Numbered from the stretch's first letter, positions 19,273 to 30,604 are shown. The stretch is 64,000 bases of DNA from an uncultured delta proteobacterium (GCA_963850305.1 CAWKKR010000001.1:416001-480000), one strand, 5' to 3'. Notes: generated from the letters alone by a model not told the origin. Made by a program: numbers and translations.

Positions 19273-20748
19273 TCACGGGGTGGCTAGCACGTTTGGTGCG
19301 CCCGGGGACGCACCCGGCGCCGCGCTCGGACCGGCGGCATCCGGATCGTCGTCGAGCGATGCGGGTGTTCGGCGCGCGATGCTCACGCCTGCACGGGGCG
19401 GCGCCAGCGCCGGGAGCACGGAGATCGGCTCGCCCGTCGCATCGCGGAGTTGGAGCTCTTCCCCCGCATTCGAAAGTCCACGCCCCCAATCTTCGATGCG
19501 AAGAACGCGAGTGCCGGGCACGGGCGCTACGTCCACCGACGACGGCACGAACTTCATCGGAACCACGAGAGCAAACTCCCCCGGCGCGAGCGTCGCGCTC
19601 GGCAATGAGAGGTCCCCGTTGACGTCATGGACCGTGAAACCCGATAGATCCGCTGGCGCGAGGCCACTGTTCACCAGCTCGATCCACTCGGACGACGGCT
19701 CCGGACCGAGTGGGTTCGCGAGCACCTCGTTCACGACGACGTGAGGCTCCGGCGAAAGCGTATGCCAAGTGACGTCGAACACCGTCTCGACGCCGTCGAG
19801 CCCCCGCGCCGCACCCGCGACGCGAAGGTCCGTGGAAGGTGCCAACCCACTCACCACGAACCGCGAGCTCGATGACAGCGGCACGACCAGGTCCTCGCCC
19901 GGAGCGCGGAAAGTCCAGAGAAACGGAGCCGAAGGAGACCGAACAATCGCGCGATCGTCTTCGACAGTGGCGCATCCGGGTCCGACGGTGCTCTCGGTCG
20001 CTTCACACGCGATCGCCGACGCCGATTGCGCGGAACCGAGACTGAGCGGCGCCGGATCCAGCGCGAGCGCATCGAGCGACGGAGGCGGCACTGCGATGCC
20101 TGTCACTTCCCCCGCCGCGTCGCGGTCCCTCGACGGAAGGACGTCCATGCGGAAGCAACGGTCGGAAGCGGTCTCGCTCGAGTCAGCGCCCGGAGTCACG
20201 TTTGCGGAGATCCCTGTCGGCTCGAGCGTGACCGGAAACGCTTGCGACAAGGGAACGGATGGCGTGCAAAAGACGGCGTGTGCGCCACCCGCCTTTGCGG
20301 TCGGGGGCGGCCAGACCCGCGCGGCGAAGGGAAGCCCCGAGGCTTCCGTAACTGTAACGTTGTCGACATGCCCGAGGCCGAGCGCGGCGATATCGTACGT
20401 TGTCCCCGGCACGAGCGGCACCGAAGGAGCAAGAACCAGAGCCCCACGGGCCGCGTCTTCCCAGACAAACGCGGGAACGCGACGAGACGCCAGGGTGCTG
20501 GAGATCTGCCCGTCACGAATCCGGTCGGAGTAGTAGGCGTCGAGAGGATCCTCGAACAGAAGCACGGCCGCCGGGTCCACGCGTAGACCGGCGATCCGCA
20601 GTCGAACGACGGCTGGCAGCGCGCTCACGGACGCATCGGGTTCCGCCGTGACGGCGAGCCGCGGCGATTTGCCAGCGACCGGATCGCAGGCCGCGCAAAG
20701 CACACAGATAGGGGACAAAAGGAGCAGGCCTCGCGCCGCGGCTCGCAT
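19273..20748 (-). CDS. Exported (probable lipo)protein with a C-terminal lamin-tail-like domain
   Basis: Signal ending CAAC; C-terminal VVVNEVLANP.G...EWIELVN...DLSG...LAPGEFALV...LSNAGE. Confidence 0.8.
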   Translation of the reverse strand: MRAAARGLLLLSPICVLCAACDPVAGKSPRLAVTAEPDASVSALPAVVRLRIAGLRVDPAAVLLFEDPLDAYYSDRIRDGQISSTLASRRVPAFVWEDAARGALVLAPSVPLVPGTTYDIAALGLGHVDNVTVTEASGLPFAARVWPPPTAKAGGAHAVFCTPSVPLSQAFPVTLEPTGISANVTPGADSSETASDRCFRMDVLPSRDRDAAGEVTGIAVPPPSLDALALDPAPLSLGSAQSASAIACEATESTVGPGCATVEDDRAIVRSPSAPFLWTFRAPGEDLVVPLSSSSRFVVSGLAPSTDLRVAGAARGLDGVETVFDVTWHTLSPEPHVVVNEVLANPLGPEPSSEWIELVNSGLAPADLSGFTVHDVNGDLSLPSATLAPGEFALVVPMKFVPSSVDVAPVPGTRVLRIEDWGRGLSNAGEELQLRDATGEPISVLPALAPPRAGVSIARRTPASLDDDPDAAGPSAAPGASPGAPNVLATP

Positions 20749-20802
20749 CGTCCGTCGGGTCGGGTCCGGAGCGGACCGAGTTGCGTGATACCGTCCCGCC
20801 TC

Positions 20803-21135
20803 ATGCTGGCGGACGACATCAAGCGGCTCAGGACGGCTCTCGACTGCTCCGTCGGAGAGCTCGCGGAGGCTGCGGGCGTCGATGTGCGCACCGTGCTCGA
20901 CTGGGAATCCGGTGAACGCTTTCCGACGAAGCGGCACGCCGACAAGCTCGAAGCGCTCCGCGGCGCCGCCCCCGGTGCAATCCGCCGCAAGCTACGCGGG
21001 AAGAAGCCGCCGACGGGCTTTGCTCTGCTTGCGGACTCACGGCTGTGGGCCATCGTCCGAAAGCTCGTTGCGCACGCCGACATGATGACCGAAGTCGAGC
21101 GCATCGCCACGAAGTACGACGACCCGGCGGACTGA
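20803..21135 (+). CDS. XRE-family helix-turn-helix protein
   Basis: IKRLR...SVGELAEAAGVDVRTVLDWESGERFP. Confidence 0.85.
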   Translation: MLADDIKRLRTALDCSVGELAEAAGVDVRTVLDWESGERFPTKRHADKLEALRGAAPGAIRRKLRGKKPPTGFALLADSRLWAIVRKLVAHADMMTEVERIATKYDDPAD

Positions 21136-21142
21136 CTCCGGA

Positions 21143-22128
<986 letters not shown>

Positions 22129-22132
<4 letters not shown>

Positions 22133-23038
22133 GGATCGGTCTTCCATTCAGAGCCTTCGTTTGGATCGTCGTCGCGGACGGCGAGCTCGACACGGATCGT
22201 CGCATACGGCCCTTCCTGGGCAATGCGGGTCATCCGAAGCCGGGTCATCTCCAGGAGCGCGAGAAAAGTCACGATCATGTCGGCGCGCGTGCGGTCCCCG
22301 GAGAACAGCTCCTCGAACGCAACGACGGGACGCTGGCGCAGGATGTCGCTCAGCTGATTGATCCGGTCGGTGACGCTGATCCGGTCGAAGTCGATCTGGT
22401 GGTCCTTGGTGCGACTGACCCGCTTCAAGAATCGACTCGAACGCGTCGAGGAGCTTGAAGAGGCTCGTCGACGCCAGCGGTGCGGGGCCCTCCGCGACCG
22501 CCTCGCTGGTCCCGCGCAGAAACACGTCCCGTCCGAGGACGGAGCGACCGCCGAGTTGCTCTGCCGCGAGCTTGTACTTCTGGTATTCGAGCAGGCGCCG
22601 CACGAGTTCCGCGCGCGGGTCAGCCTCCTCTTCGTCGCTCGCGTCCTGATCCTCCGGAGGCGCCGGGAGCAGCATCTTCGACTTGATGTGCGTGAGTGTC
22701 GCCGCCATGACGAGGTACTCGCTAGCGAGATCGATGTTCATCTCCTCCATCAAGAGGATGTACTCGACGTATTTCTCGGTGACGAAGCCGATGGGAATGT
22801 CGAGAACGTCGAGTTCGTGCTTCTGGATGAGGTGAAGCAAGAGATCCAGCGGCCCTTCGAAGTCGGGGATCTGAACGCGGTAGGCCGCACTCGACTCGGC
22901 CGTGGCTGCTGCGCCGGGCGCCGAAGTTCCGGACGATACTTCCGGGGACCGGGTTTTCGCGACGCCCGGGCGAGCGGCCGCGCCGATCGCTTTGCCCTCG
23001 GCGTCCTCTCCGCCGTCGCGCGGGTCGTCGTTGCTCAC
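22129..23038 (-). CDS. scpA: Segregation and condensation protein ScpA; apparent 1-nt frameshift near 22428-22433
   Basis: FEGPLDLLLHLI, EYLVMAATL..IKSKMLLP and DPR.ELV.RLLEY in one frame; the C-terminal domain (ISV.DRI, IVTFLALLEM) is in the next frame, ending at 22129. Confidence 0.92.
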
Positions 23039-23727
23039 GCGAACCTCGAAAAACCGATGTCGAGTCCGAAAATTGACTGCAACGCGACACCGAGGACTTG
23101 CACGGGGAAAAAGAGGACTTCGCTGACCTTGGGCACGCTGAGAACGACCAGGATGATGAAGAACGAGTATGGCGCAATAGCGCGCTGCAAGTCGTCGAGC
23201 CTACGCGGCAACAAGCGCGAGCCGTCCAGAGGCGGAAACGGCAGCAGGTTCAGCACGCAGAGCCCGACGTTCACTCGCACGAGGGCGGCTAGCAAGACCG
23301 CAGCGGCACTCATGGTCGCGAGCGCGGAACCCACGCCGTCGACGAAGTGGAGCAGGAGGCGGAGCAGTCCCATGGAGAGGACGGCGAGCAGGAGATTCGA
23401 CAGCGGACCGGCGACGGCAACGAGGCGGTGCCCGTTGCGCATGGAAATGCGACGCGTATACCGACTTGGATTCGTCTCAACGGGCCGAGCCCATCCGATG
23501 AACGGTATTCCGCCGGCCAGGATCGCGATGGTCGGTATCAGGAAGGTGCCCCAGATATCGTAGTGAGCCAGCGGCGAAAGCGTGAGGCGCCCCTGACGCC
23601 GGGGCGTGTCGTCCCCGAGGCCGTTCGCGACGACCGCGTGGGCAAACTCGTGGACCGTCAGCGACAGGAGCATCGTAACGAGATAGAGAAGTAGCGTTCT
23701 GCCCGTATCCGCAAAGCGGCCGTTCAC
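23035..23727 (-). CDS. Site-2 protease (M50 family)
   Basis: HEFAH, GRLTL.P, GWARPV, AGPLSN, NLLPFPPLDG; start approximate. Confidence 0.92.
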   Translation of the reverse strand: MNGRFADTGRTLLLYLVTMLLSLTVHEFAHAVVANGLGDDTPRRQGRLTLSPLAHYDIWGTFLIPTIAILAGGIPFIGWARPVETNPSRYTRRISMRNGHRLVAVAGPLSNLLLAVLSMGLLRLLLHFVDGVGSALATMSAAAVLLAALVRVNVGLCVLNLLPFPPLDGSRLLPRRLDDLQRAIAPYSFFIILVVLSVPKVSEVLFFPVQVLGVALQSIFGLDIGFSRFA

Positions 23728-23836
23728 GGGGCGGAGCCTACATGAGGGTCGAAGGGTCTGCGACAGGACAGATCCTGCGGGCCGTTCGAAAAACACGCCC
23801 GACGCTGGGCGCCGTGGGTGCTACCATTTGCGGCCG

Positions 23837-24943
23837 ATGGCCGAGAGGCGACGGGTATGCCCCACCTGCGGCGAGGCCTACGGTGAGGCGGCTCTCTTTT
23901 GCCCTCGGGACGGTGCACCGCTCGGGAGCCGCCAAAAAGACAACGGCCGCGATCCGTACGTGGGTTCGAGCATCGCGCCGGGCGTCCGGGTCGAGCGCCT
24001 CGTAGGGATCGGTTCCATGGGGCGCGTGTACCGCGCGCACCAGGCGGGCGTCGATCGCGCGGTCGCGGTGAAGGTCCTGCTTCCCGAGCACGCCAGGAGC
24101 GAAACACTGGTCGCGAGGTTTCAGCGCGAAGCGCGCGTGGCGGGCGGGCTCGTGCATCCGAACGTCGTCGTCGTTCACGCGACGGGACATGTGGATACAA
24201 AAGGGGGTGCGTACGAGCCGTACCTCATCATGGAGTTTCTCGACGGCCTTTCCCTGCGGTCGGCGCTCGTGGCGAGCGACGGTGGGCTGCCGGCGCTGCG
24301 AGCGGTCCGGATCGTACTTCAGATTTGCGACGCGATGGGAGAAGCGCACGGGCGGGGCATCGTGCATCGTGATCTGAAGCCGGAGAACGTGATGCTCATC
24401 GCGGTCGGAAACGAGCCCGATTTCGTCAAGGTGCTCGACTTCGGCGTTGCTCGCGTTGGGGAGGCGGACAGTTCCATTGCGACTCACGCCGGCGCGGTGC
24501 TTGGCACGGCGACCTATGCTTGTCCCGAGAGCGCGCGCGGAGACCCGATGGGCCCTCGTGGCGACGTGTACTCGATAGCGACGATTCTGTTCGAGTGTCT
24601 TGCCGGACGCGCGCCGTTCATCGGGAAGGGTCCGGTCGATGTGCTCATTCAGCATGCCCAGACTCCGCCGCCCGATTTGCGGTCGGTCCCGCGCGCCGCC
24701 GACGTCCCCGAGCCGATCGCACGCGTCATCGCAGCATCGCTTGCAAAAGCGCCGGAGGCTCGCCCGCCGAATGCGCGCGAGCTCGGCCGTGCGCTGCTCG
24801 TCGCGGCCGCCGCGTCGAGTTTCGACATCGGGCCCGGAGCGCGAACGCTTCTCGGAGGCGATCGCAGCACGCCGGCGGGCTCCGGGCGCGTACCCGAAGT
24901 GGCGCGAACGCTGCCAAACTATGGCCCAAAGGACACGCTCTAG
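23837..24943 (+). CDS. Ser/Thr protein kinase with an N-terminal zinc-ribbon-like motif and no TM segment
   Basis: CPTC...FCPRDG, GIGSMGRVY, VAVK, HRDLKPEN, DFGVA, GT..Y.CPE. Confidence 0.95.
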   Translation: MAERRRVCPTCGEAYGEAALFCPRDGAPLGSRQKDNGRDPYVGSSIAPGVRVERLVGIGSMGRVYRAHQAGVDRAVAVKVLLPEHARSETLVARFQREARVAGGLVHPNVVVVHATGHVDTKGGAYEPYLIMEFLDGLSLRSALVASDGGLPALRAVRIVLQICDAMGEAHGRGIVHRDLKPENVMLIAVGNEPDFVKVLDFGVARVGEADSSIATHAGAVLGTATYACPESARGDPMGPRGDVYSIATILFECLAGRAPFIGKGPVDVLIQHAQTPPPDLRSVPRAADVPEPIARVIAASLAKAPEARPPNARELGRALLVAAAASSFDIGPGARTLLGGDRSTPAGSGRVPEVARTLPNYGPKDTL

Positions 24944-25668
24944 TGGGTCGCCGGATCGCCGCCGCAGTCAGCGTGTGCCTGCTCGTGAGCGCGCGGACGG
25001 GCGCTGCCGCCGGTCCAGAGACGGACGTCGTGCCGCAACAGCGCGACGACTCGACCACCATGCATGGCATGGCCGAATTCGGAGTCGGCACTCTCCTCCT
25101 GCCCGACGCGACCGTGTGCACTGCCGAGGGCGCCCCCTGCAAGCGAGGAGACGCGAGTCTGGCGCTCAGCGGCTGGCCACTCTTTCGGCGCGGGCAGTTC
25201 GCGGGCGGTGCCGGCATCACCATGGGCCTGACCTCGAGCACGAGCACGCCTGCCAACGATTCCCCTGACGTGCCACGCGCCCATCTTCGGCGTTATCTGT
25301 CCGCGGAAGCGACCGCCCGATACTACCTTCCCATCGACGAGCGGATCGATGCCTGGACGGGCGTGACCGCCGGGCTCGGCGTCGTCAACGACACGTTCCT
25401 CTCCACACGCGGCCTCGGAGACAAGGCGGTCGTGGGGCCACGGGGTGCAACCATCCTGACGGAGGGATTCACCTGCGGCATCGGCCTTGGCGCGGCGTAC
25501 GCCATCGCCGAGAACTGGCGACTCGGCTTTCAAGCGCGCGGAATGCTGTGGTTCTTACCGGACACGCCCGCCACGGATACACGCATGGATCTCGCGTCGT
25601 TGACCGGGCACGTCGTCGCCCTCGACCTCGCCCTGACCATCGGCTACCGAACCCGGCTGGTGTTTTGA
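24943..25668 (+). CDS. Putative small outer-membrane beta-barrel protein with a Cys-pair loop
   Basis: Signal peptide, amphipathic strands (LSAEATARYYL, IGLGAAYAI, LDLALTIGYR), C-terminal Phe; GTG overlaps the kinase TAG. Confidence 0.7.
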   Translation: MGRRIAAAVSVCLLVSARTGAAAGPETDVVPQQRDDSTTMHGMAEFGVGTLLLPDATVCTAEGAPCKRGDASLALSGWPLFRRGQFAGGAGITMGLTSSTSTPANDSPDVPRAHLRRYLSAEATARYYLPIDERIDAWTGVTAGLGVVNDTFLSTRGLGDKAVVGPRGATILTEGFTCGIGLGAAYAIAENWRLGFQARGMLWFLPDTPATDTRMDLASLTGHVVALDLALTIGYRTRLVF

Positions 25669-25676
25669 CGGAACGC

Positions 25677-26435
25677 TCAACGTCGACCGAAGATCGCTAT
25701 GCCTTCGACGATTCGATCGAGGAGGGCCGCAGTCGCCACGAGCACGACGAGGGTCCGGAGCGGAGCCAAGAAAGATTGCGACCGTATCGACGGCAGCTCG
25801 CGCGCGACTACCATGCTGGTCATATCCATCACGAGCGAAACGACGAGCAAGGGAGCCGCCAGGCTCGCTCCGACGTCGATCCCCGCCGCCAGATCGAAGG
25901 CCGCCGCGCGGAGAGGCTCCGTCGTGCCGGCAGGCAGATCCGCCAGACGTGACAGCGCGCGAGTCGTCCCGCCGCCGTCCAGAAACAAGATCGCCGCTAG
26001 AAGTCCCATGAGCGTTTCGAATGGCGGTCCACCCGGACCGCGAGGTGTCCTCAGCCGGACACGAGGAACCGAGAGAGACGTGTCCGCGATCCCCCCCGCC
26101 ACGGACGCCGCCCAGAGCGAAATGCTCGCCGCCAGCGCGAGCGGAATGCCGCGAGCGATCTGCTCCGCAACGAGGGAAGGCCATGGCGACGCAACGTCGA
26201 TCGCGGGTAGTCGCAGCGCTGGGGCGAGGGAAAGGCCGACCATGAACGCAATCGCGACGCGCCAGACCCCCGGCAAGAATCCGAGACCGAAGGCCGGCAG
26301 CAAAACGACGAGCGGCAACACGCGCGCCCACGCGATCCCCCATGCCACGAGGCTCTGCCCCGATGCGTGCACCTCGGCGACGAGCGCGTCGGCAACTCCG
26401 TTCGTGAGCGTGATGCCCGCAGGCGCGAGGTTCAC
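25677..26435 (-). CDS. fliR: FliR/SctT-like type III export-gate membrane protein (divergent, orphan)
   Basis: AR..P....PAFG...LP...R...........P pattern, AGGIAD, FLDGG, LAAPLL......D....VARE.P. Confidence 0.7.
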   Translation of the reverse strand: MNLAPAGITLTNGVADALVAEVHASGQSLVAWGIAWARVLPLVVLLPAFGLGFLPGVWRVAIAFMVGLSLAPALRLPAIDVASPWPSLVAEQIARGIPLALAASISLWAASVAGGIADTSLSVPRVRLRTPRGPGGPPFETLMGLLAAILFLDGGGTTRALSRLADLPAGTTEPLRAAAFDLAAGIDVGASLAAPLLVVSLVMDMTSMVVARELPSIRSQSFLAPLRTLVVLVATAALLDRIVEGIAIFGRR

Positions 26436-26508
26436 CGCCCTTCCTTACCGCGCGCGCCCTTGGCCGAGCAATTGACGTACGGCGACGCGGAAAGTATCGG
26501 TCCGAAGG

Positions 26509-27345
26509 ATGAGTCTCGACCCAGCGTGCGCGGGCCTGACCACCCCCCCTTTCGAGTTCGAGTACGACTTTCGAACGACGGTGCTCTACGCGCTCGGGAT
26601 CGGCGCCAAAGCCGACGAGCTCGACTACCTTTACGAGGGCCGCGGCCCCAAGGTGTACCCGACCTTCGCCGTCGTTCCGGCATACGTTCCACTCATCGCT
26701 CTCCTCGGAAAGACTGGCGGCAACCTGTCGACCATGGTCCACGGCGCGCAGACCGTCACGCTCAGGAAACCGATCCCTCCTGCGGGGAAGTTCGTGACGA
26801 CGGCGCGCGTGAGCGGCGTCTACGACATGAAGAGGCTTGCACAAGTCCTCTGCTCCACCGAGAGCCGGATCGCGGACGACGTCGTGTGCACGACGGACTG
26901 GCAGCTCTTGTTTCGTGACGAGGGAGGGTTTGGAGGTCCTCATCCCCCGAAAGCCGCCGCCCCACGGGTTCCCGACGGACAAGCACCCAGCTTCGAGGCG
27001 GACGAAGCGACATCCAAGGAACAAGCACTCTTGTACCGACTCTCCGGGGACACCAATCCGCTGCACGCGGACCCGGCGTTCGCCGAAAGCGTCGGTTTCA
27101 AGGAGGGACCGATCTTGCACGGCCTCGCGACGTATGGGTTTCTGTCCCGGGCCGTGATCCGGAGCGCGTGCGGAGGCGACGCTTCACGGCTGAAGTCGTT
27201 CACGGCGCAGTTCCGAAGGCCGGTCTGGCCCGGCGAGACTCTGCGTACCGTCGGATGGACGGTCGGCTCGAATGTCGTGGTCAAGGCCTACGCAGGCGGC
27301 CGCGAGGATGCGGTCGTTACAGGCTGCTACGCGGAACTCGGCTGA
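26509..27345 (+). CDS. MaoC/MFE-2-type (R)-specific enoyl-CoA hydratase, double hot-dog fold
   Basis: LYALGIGA, PTFAVV, VHGAQ, YRLSGD.NPLH.DP, PILHGL. Confidence 0.92.
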   Translation: MSLDPACAGLTTPPFEFEYDFRTTVLYALGIGAKADELDYLYEGRGPKVYPTFAVVPAYVPLIALLGKTGGNLSTMVHGAQTVTLRKPIPPAGKFVTTARVSGVYDMKRLAQVLCSTESRIADDVVCTTDWQLLFRDEGGFGGPHPPKAAAPRVPDGQAPSFEADEATSKEQALLYRLSGDTNPLHADPAFAESVGFKEGPILHGLATYGFLSRAVIRSACGGDASRLKSFTAQFRRPVWPGETLRTVGWTVGSNVVVKAYAGGREDAVVTGCYAELG

Positions 27346-27387
27346 AGGCCGACTGGCTCTCCGCGGACCCGGCGGCGGCGCGACGAT

Positions 27388-28524
27388 TCAGATCGCCCGC
27401 GCGATGACCATCCGCTGGATCTGGCTCGTGCCCTCTCCGATTTCGCAGATCTTCACATCCCTCAGGTGGCGTTCGACGGCGAACTCACGGGTGTAGCCGT
27501 AGCCGCCGTGCACCTGGAGGGCCGCGTTGCACGCCCGCGTCGCAGCTTCACTGGCGTACAGCTTGGCCATCGACGCCTCGCGCGAGTATGCAGCGCCGCC
27601 GTCCGCGAGAGTCGCGGCTCGATAGACCAGCAAGGCCGCCGCCTCGAGCTCCGCCCAGGACGTCGCCAGGAGTTCCCGGATGGCGTCGAATCGACCGATG
27701 GGGCGGCCAAAAGCCTCGCGTTCACGCGCGTACTTCACGGCCATTGCGAGCGCGCCGCGCCCGAGCCCGAGCGCCATCGCCGCGATGGACACGCGCCCGC
27801 GATCCAGGATCTTCATCGTGTCGTAGAAGCCGTGATCGACGTCTCCAATCCGATTTTCATCGGGCACACGCACGTCGACGAGGGAAACCTCGGCCGTGTC
27901 GCTCGAGCGACAGCCGTATTTGCGGAGCTCACGACTCGCGGAGAACCCCGGCGTCCCGCGCTCGACGACGAACGCGGTGATCCCACGCTGCGCGGGGACG
28001 TTCCTGTTCGAACGCGCCAGGACGACCGCGAAGCCGCCGACCGAGCCTTGAGTCACGAACATCTTCGTCCCGTTCAATATCCAGGTCGCGCCGTCACGGA
28101 CGGCCGTCGTCTGGACGGCGGCACTGTCGGAGCCAGACCCCGGCTCGGTGAGCGCCCACGCTGCCAGCCATTCGCCCGTCGTGGCTCTCGACAGGTAGCG
28201 CCGCTTCTGGGCGTCGGTACCGAACGACAGGATATGGCTGGTGCCGAGGCCGTTGTGGCTCGCGACCGTGAGCGCGAGCGAACCATCCACGCGAGCACAC
28301 TCCTCGACCACGAGCGCGTACGCCAGCGTGTCCATGGCGGCGCCCCCGAACTCCTCTGGAATTCGAATGCCGAGCAGACCGAGACTCGCGAGCTGCGGCA
28401 CGATCTCCCGCGGGAAACGCTCGGCCTCGTCCCACTCCGCTGCACGGGGCGCGACCTCGCGTTCGCAGAACTCCCTCACGGAACCACGGAGTAGCTGGTG
28501 GGATTCGGGTAGAGAAAAATCCAT
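27388..28524 (-). CDS. Acyl-CoA dehydrogenase
   Basis: ALTEPGSGSD, LNGTKMF, R.AFG..I, QVHGGYGY, IGEGTSQIQR. Confidence 0.95.
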   Translation of the reverse strand: MDFSLPESHQLLRGSVREFCEREVAPRAAEWDEAERFPREIVPQLASLGLLGIRIPEEFGGAAMDTLAYALVVEECARVDGSLALTVASHNGLGTSHILSFGTDAQKRRYLSRATTGEWLAAWALTEPGSGSDSAAVQTTAVRDGATWILNGTKMFVTQGSVGGFAVVLARSNRNVPAQRGITAFVVERGTPGFSASRELRKYGCRSSDTAEVSLVDVRVPDENRIGDVDHGFYDTMKILDRGRVSIAAMALGLGRGALAMAVKYAREREAFGRPIGRFDAIRELLATSWAELEAAALLVYRAATLADGGAAYSREASMAKLYASEAATRACNAALQVHGGYGYTREFAVERHLRDVKICEIGEGTSQIQRMVIARAI

Positions 28525-28539
28525 CGGCGTTCGCGACGA

Positions 28540-29634
28540 CTATCCCCCGGAGAGGAGCTTCTGTAGAAGGGCCACCTTGTCGGGACGGGTGAGCTTGACA
28601 CGCGCCTCGTCATCCTTCGAGTGCCCGCTGCCGAGAACGAGCTCCTCATCGCCGACCCCGAACACCTTCTTGCCGTTCCGGCCTACGACCCACTCGGTCT
28701 TGGGCGCGGCATCGTCGCGCTGGGTGGAGAACGCGAGCGCGGGAAGGACGAGTTCCTTGAGCGTCGTCGCGCGATCGATCTTCTTGATCGTCTCGAGGAC
28801 GTCTCCGGCCGCATCATCGTCGGCCCGGCCGAGGGAGAGGATTCGATAACGTCGATCACCGTCCTTGTAGTAGCCGACCGCACCGCTCCCGAGACCGGAG
28901 ATCCCGAGGACGTCACCCACGACGTACACGACGCCCATCGGCAGCAGATGCTCCTTCGGCAGCGCCGCGACGGCCGCAGGCAACGTCGTGTCACCCGGCA
29001 GGCGATCGCCGAGCGCCGTCGCGATCCCCGGCAAGACGCGCTTGGCGCTCGCCCGCATCTGGTCCGGAGACTCGGCCTCGTTCGTGTAGGAGAGCTCGGC
29101 GAGGTACTCGCCGCGAAAGACGTAGGCGATCCCGCTCCCGAGCGCGCCCGCCGCGCCAGCGGGGATCGTCGAAAGAGAGATGTGGACGGGATCCGAGTCC
29201 GCCACCACTCGCTTCGTGAAGAAGCCGAACGCGCCCTCCTTCGTCGCAAATCGCGACAGCGTGATTGCTACTGCACCGGGCGAGCCGGCACCGTCCACGT
29301 ACCGCAGCGTGACGACGCGCTTCAGTCCGTAGCTCTTGTAGACCTCGCATTCGCCGTCGAGTAACTGAGTGCAAACGTCGTCGAGCGTCGAAGGCGCGCC
29401 TTCGCCGTAAGCGCGCGTGTCGCTGTTCGGGTCGACGCAGTATCCCCCGACGGTCTTCGCAAAGAATGCCGCCGAAGCGGGATCGTGCGGAGTACCGCCG
29501 CCGGCCGCGCAGACGCCCGGTCTGCTGCTCGGCACCGGCGGCGGCGCGGCGCCGAGGTCGTCCGGGTCCGGGTTTCGTTTGCATCCCGCGAGAAGGACGC
29601 ACCCCGCAAACCACACCAGCCACCGCAGTTTCAT
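28540..29634 (-). CDS. Lipoprotein, DUF6599-like
   Basis: Lipobox LAGC; LDGECEVY.SYG and AFGFF motifs; family assignment tentative. Confidence 0.7.
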   Translation of the reverse strand: MKLRWLVWFAGCVLLAGCKRNPDPDDLGAAPPPVPSSRPGVCAAGGGTPHDPASAAFFAKTVGGYCVDPNSDTRAYGEGAPSTLDDVCTQLLDGECEVYKSYGLKRVVTLRYVDGAGSPGAVAITLSRFATKEGAFGFFTKRVVADSDPVHISLSTIPAGAAGALGSGIAYVFRGEYLAELSYTNEAESPDQMRASAKRVLPGIATALGDRLPGDTTLPAAVAALPKEHLLPMGVVYVVGDVLGISGLGSGAVGYYKDGDRRYRILSLGRADDDAAGDVLETIKKIDRATTLKELVLPALAFSTQRDDAAPKTEWVVGRNGKKVFGVGDEELVLGSGHSKDDEARVKLTRPDKVALLQKLLSGG

Positions 29635-29821
29635 CACGGGCTTCGATAAACCGGGGCCCGCCCATGCTGCAACGTTCGTCAGGGCTTCGGCGAGGGGCAC
29701 CCTGCCTTGCCGCGGTGCGGTGCCTTGCAATGATTGCGGAGCGTCGCAATCCTTACCGCCCACACCGGCGCCATTGCTGCCGAAATGACTAGGGAAATAG
29801 GTAATCTGAGTCCACGCAAAC

Positions 29822-29837
29822 CGGCACGGCCCTTGCT
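29822..29837 (+). promoter_or_regulatory. sigma54 (-24/-12) promoter of the minor-pilin operon
   Basis: CGGCACGGCCCTTGCT against consensus TGGCACGnnnnTTGCW, with exact GG-N10-GC spacing, just upstream of the first pilin gene. Confidence 0.75.
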
Positions 29838-29854
29838 GTGCGCCCACTGAACCC

Positions 29855-30604
29855 GTGAAGTCCTTCGTTTCTGCCGCCGCGCCTCGTTCCGTCGCCAATG
29901 CGGTGGCCCATCCTCCCTGCACGACCCGGCAGCGAGGGTTCACCCTGATCGAGCTCATCGTGGTCGTCATCATCATCGGCATCTTCGCGCTGATGGCGAT
30001 GCCCCAGATCGCGAAACAGCTCATCGACCGTCGCACGAGCGAGGCGGCGCAGCGCGTGGCGCTGGTCTACCAGCAGGCGCGCGTCCGTGCGATGGGCGAG
30101 GGCGGCGCGGTCCTGGTGCGATACACGCAGGGCTCCGGCGCATCGCTCCAGGGGAGCTTCGAGACACGGGAGGCCCTGGTCGGGCTCTCCGACACGACCA
30201 ACGCGTGCGCGCTCCGTCCATCGACGAGCTGCACGTCAACGGACTGGACCGCGGGGGCCGCCTCGGGGCAGAGCCGGAGCATCGAGACGCTCGACCTCGG
30301 ACTGCAGCCGGGCATCTCCGCGGCGGGAAACCCGGACGGCACCGGCGTGTACGCGACACTGATCCCGCACATCTCGAATGCAGCATCGACTGCGGCCATG
30401 GACGTCTGCTTCACTCCGCTCGGTAACACTTACGTGCGCTACGGCGCCACCGACCCGTGGCAGGCGCTCGCAGGCGTGCCTGAGATTGCGGTTTATCGCG
30501 GCACCGCCCTGGTGCAGAGCCCGACGGGTACGGAGGGAACCGTCTTCGGACTCATCCGGCACGTGCTCATCCTGCCCACGGGCATCGCGAGGCTCCAGCT
30601 ATGA
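29855..30604 (+). CDS. fimU: Type IV minor pilin, FimU/FimT-like
   Basis: Prepilin motif RG|FTLIELIVVVIIIGI; first gene of the operon; true start may be GTG 29903. Confidence 0.8.
   Translation: MKSFVSAAAPRSVANAVAHPPCTTRQRGFTLIELIVVVIIIGIFALMAMPQIAKQLIDRRTSEAAQRVALVYQQARVRAMGEGGAVLVRYTQGSGASLQGSFETREALVGLSDTTNACALRPSTSCTSTDWTAGAASGQSRSIETLDLGLQPGISAAGNPDGTGVYATLIPHISNAASTAAMDVCFTPLGNTYVRYGATDPWQALAGVPEIAVYRGTALVQSPTGTEGTVFGLIRHVLILPTGIARLQL

Noticed and set aside
20803..21135. Toxin-antitoxin module or prophage remnant around the XRE gene
   Set aside because: No adjacent toxin-like small ORF, integrase or phage gene.
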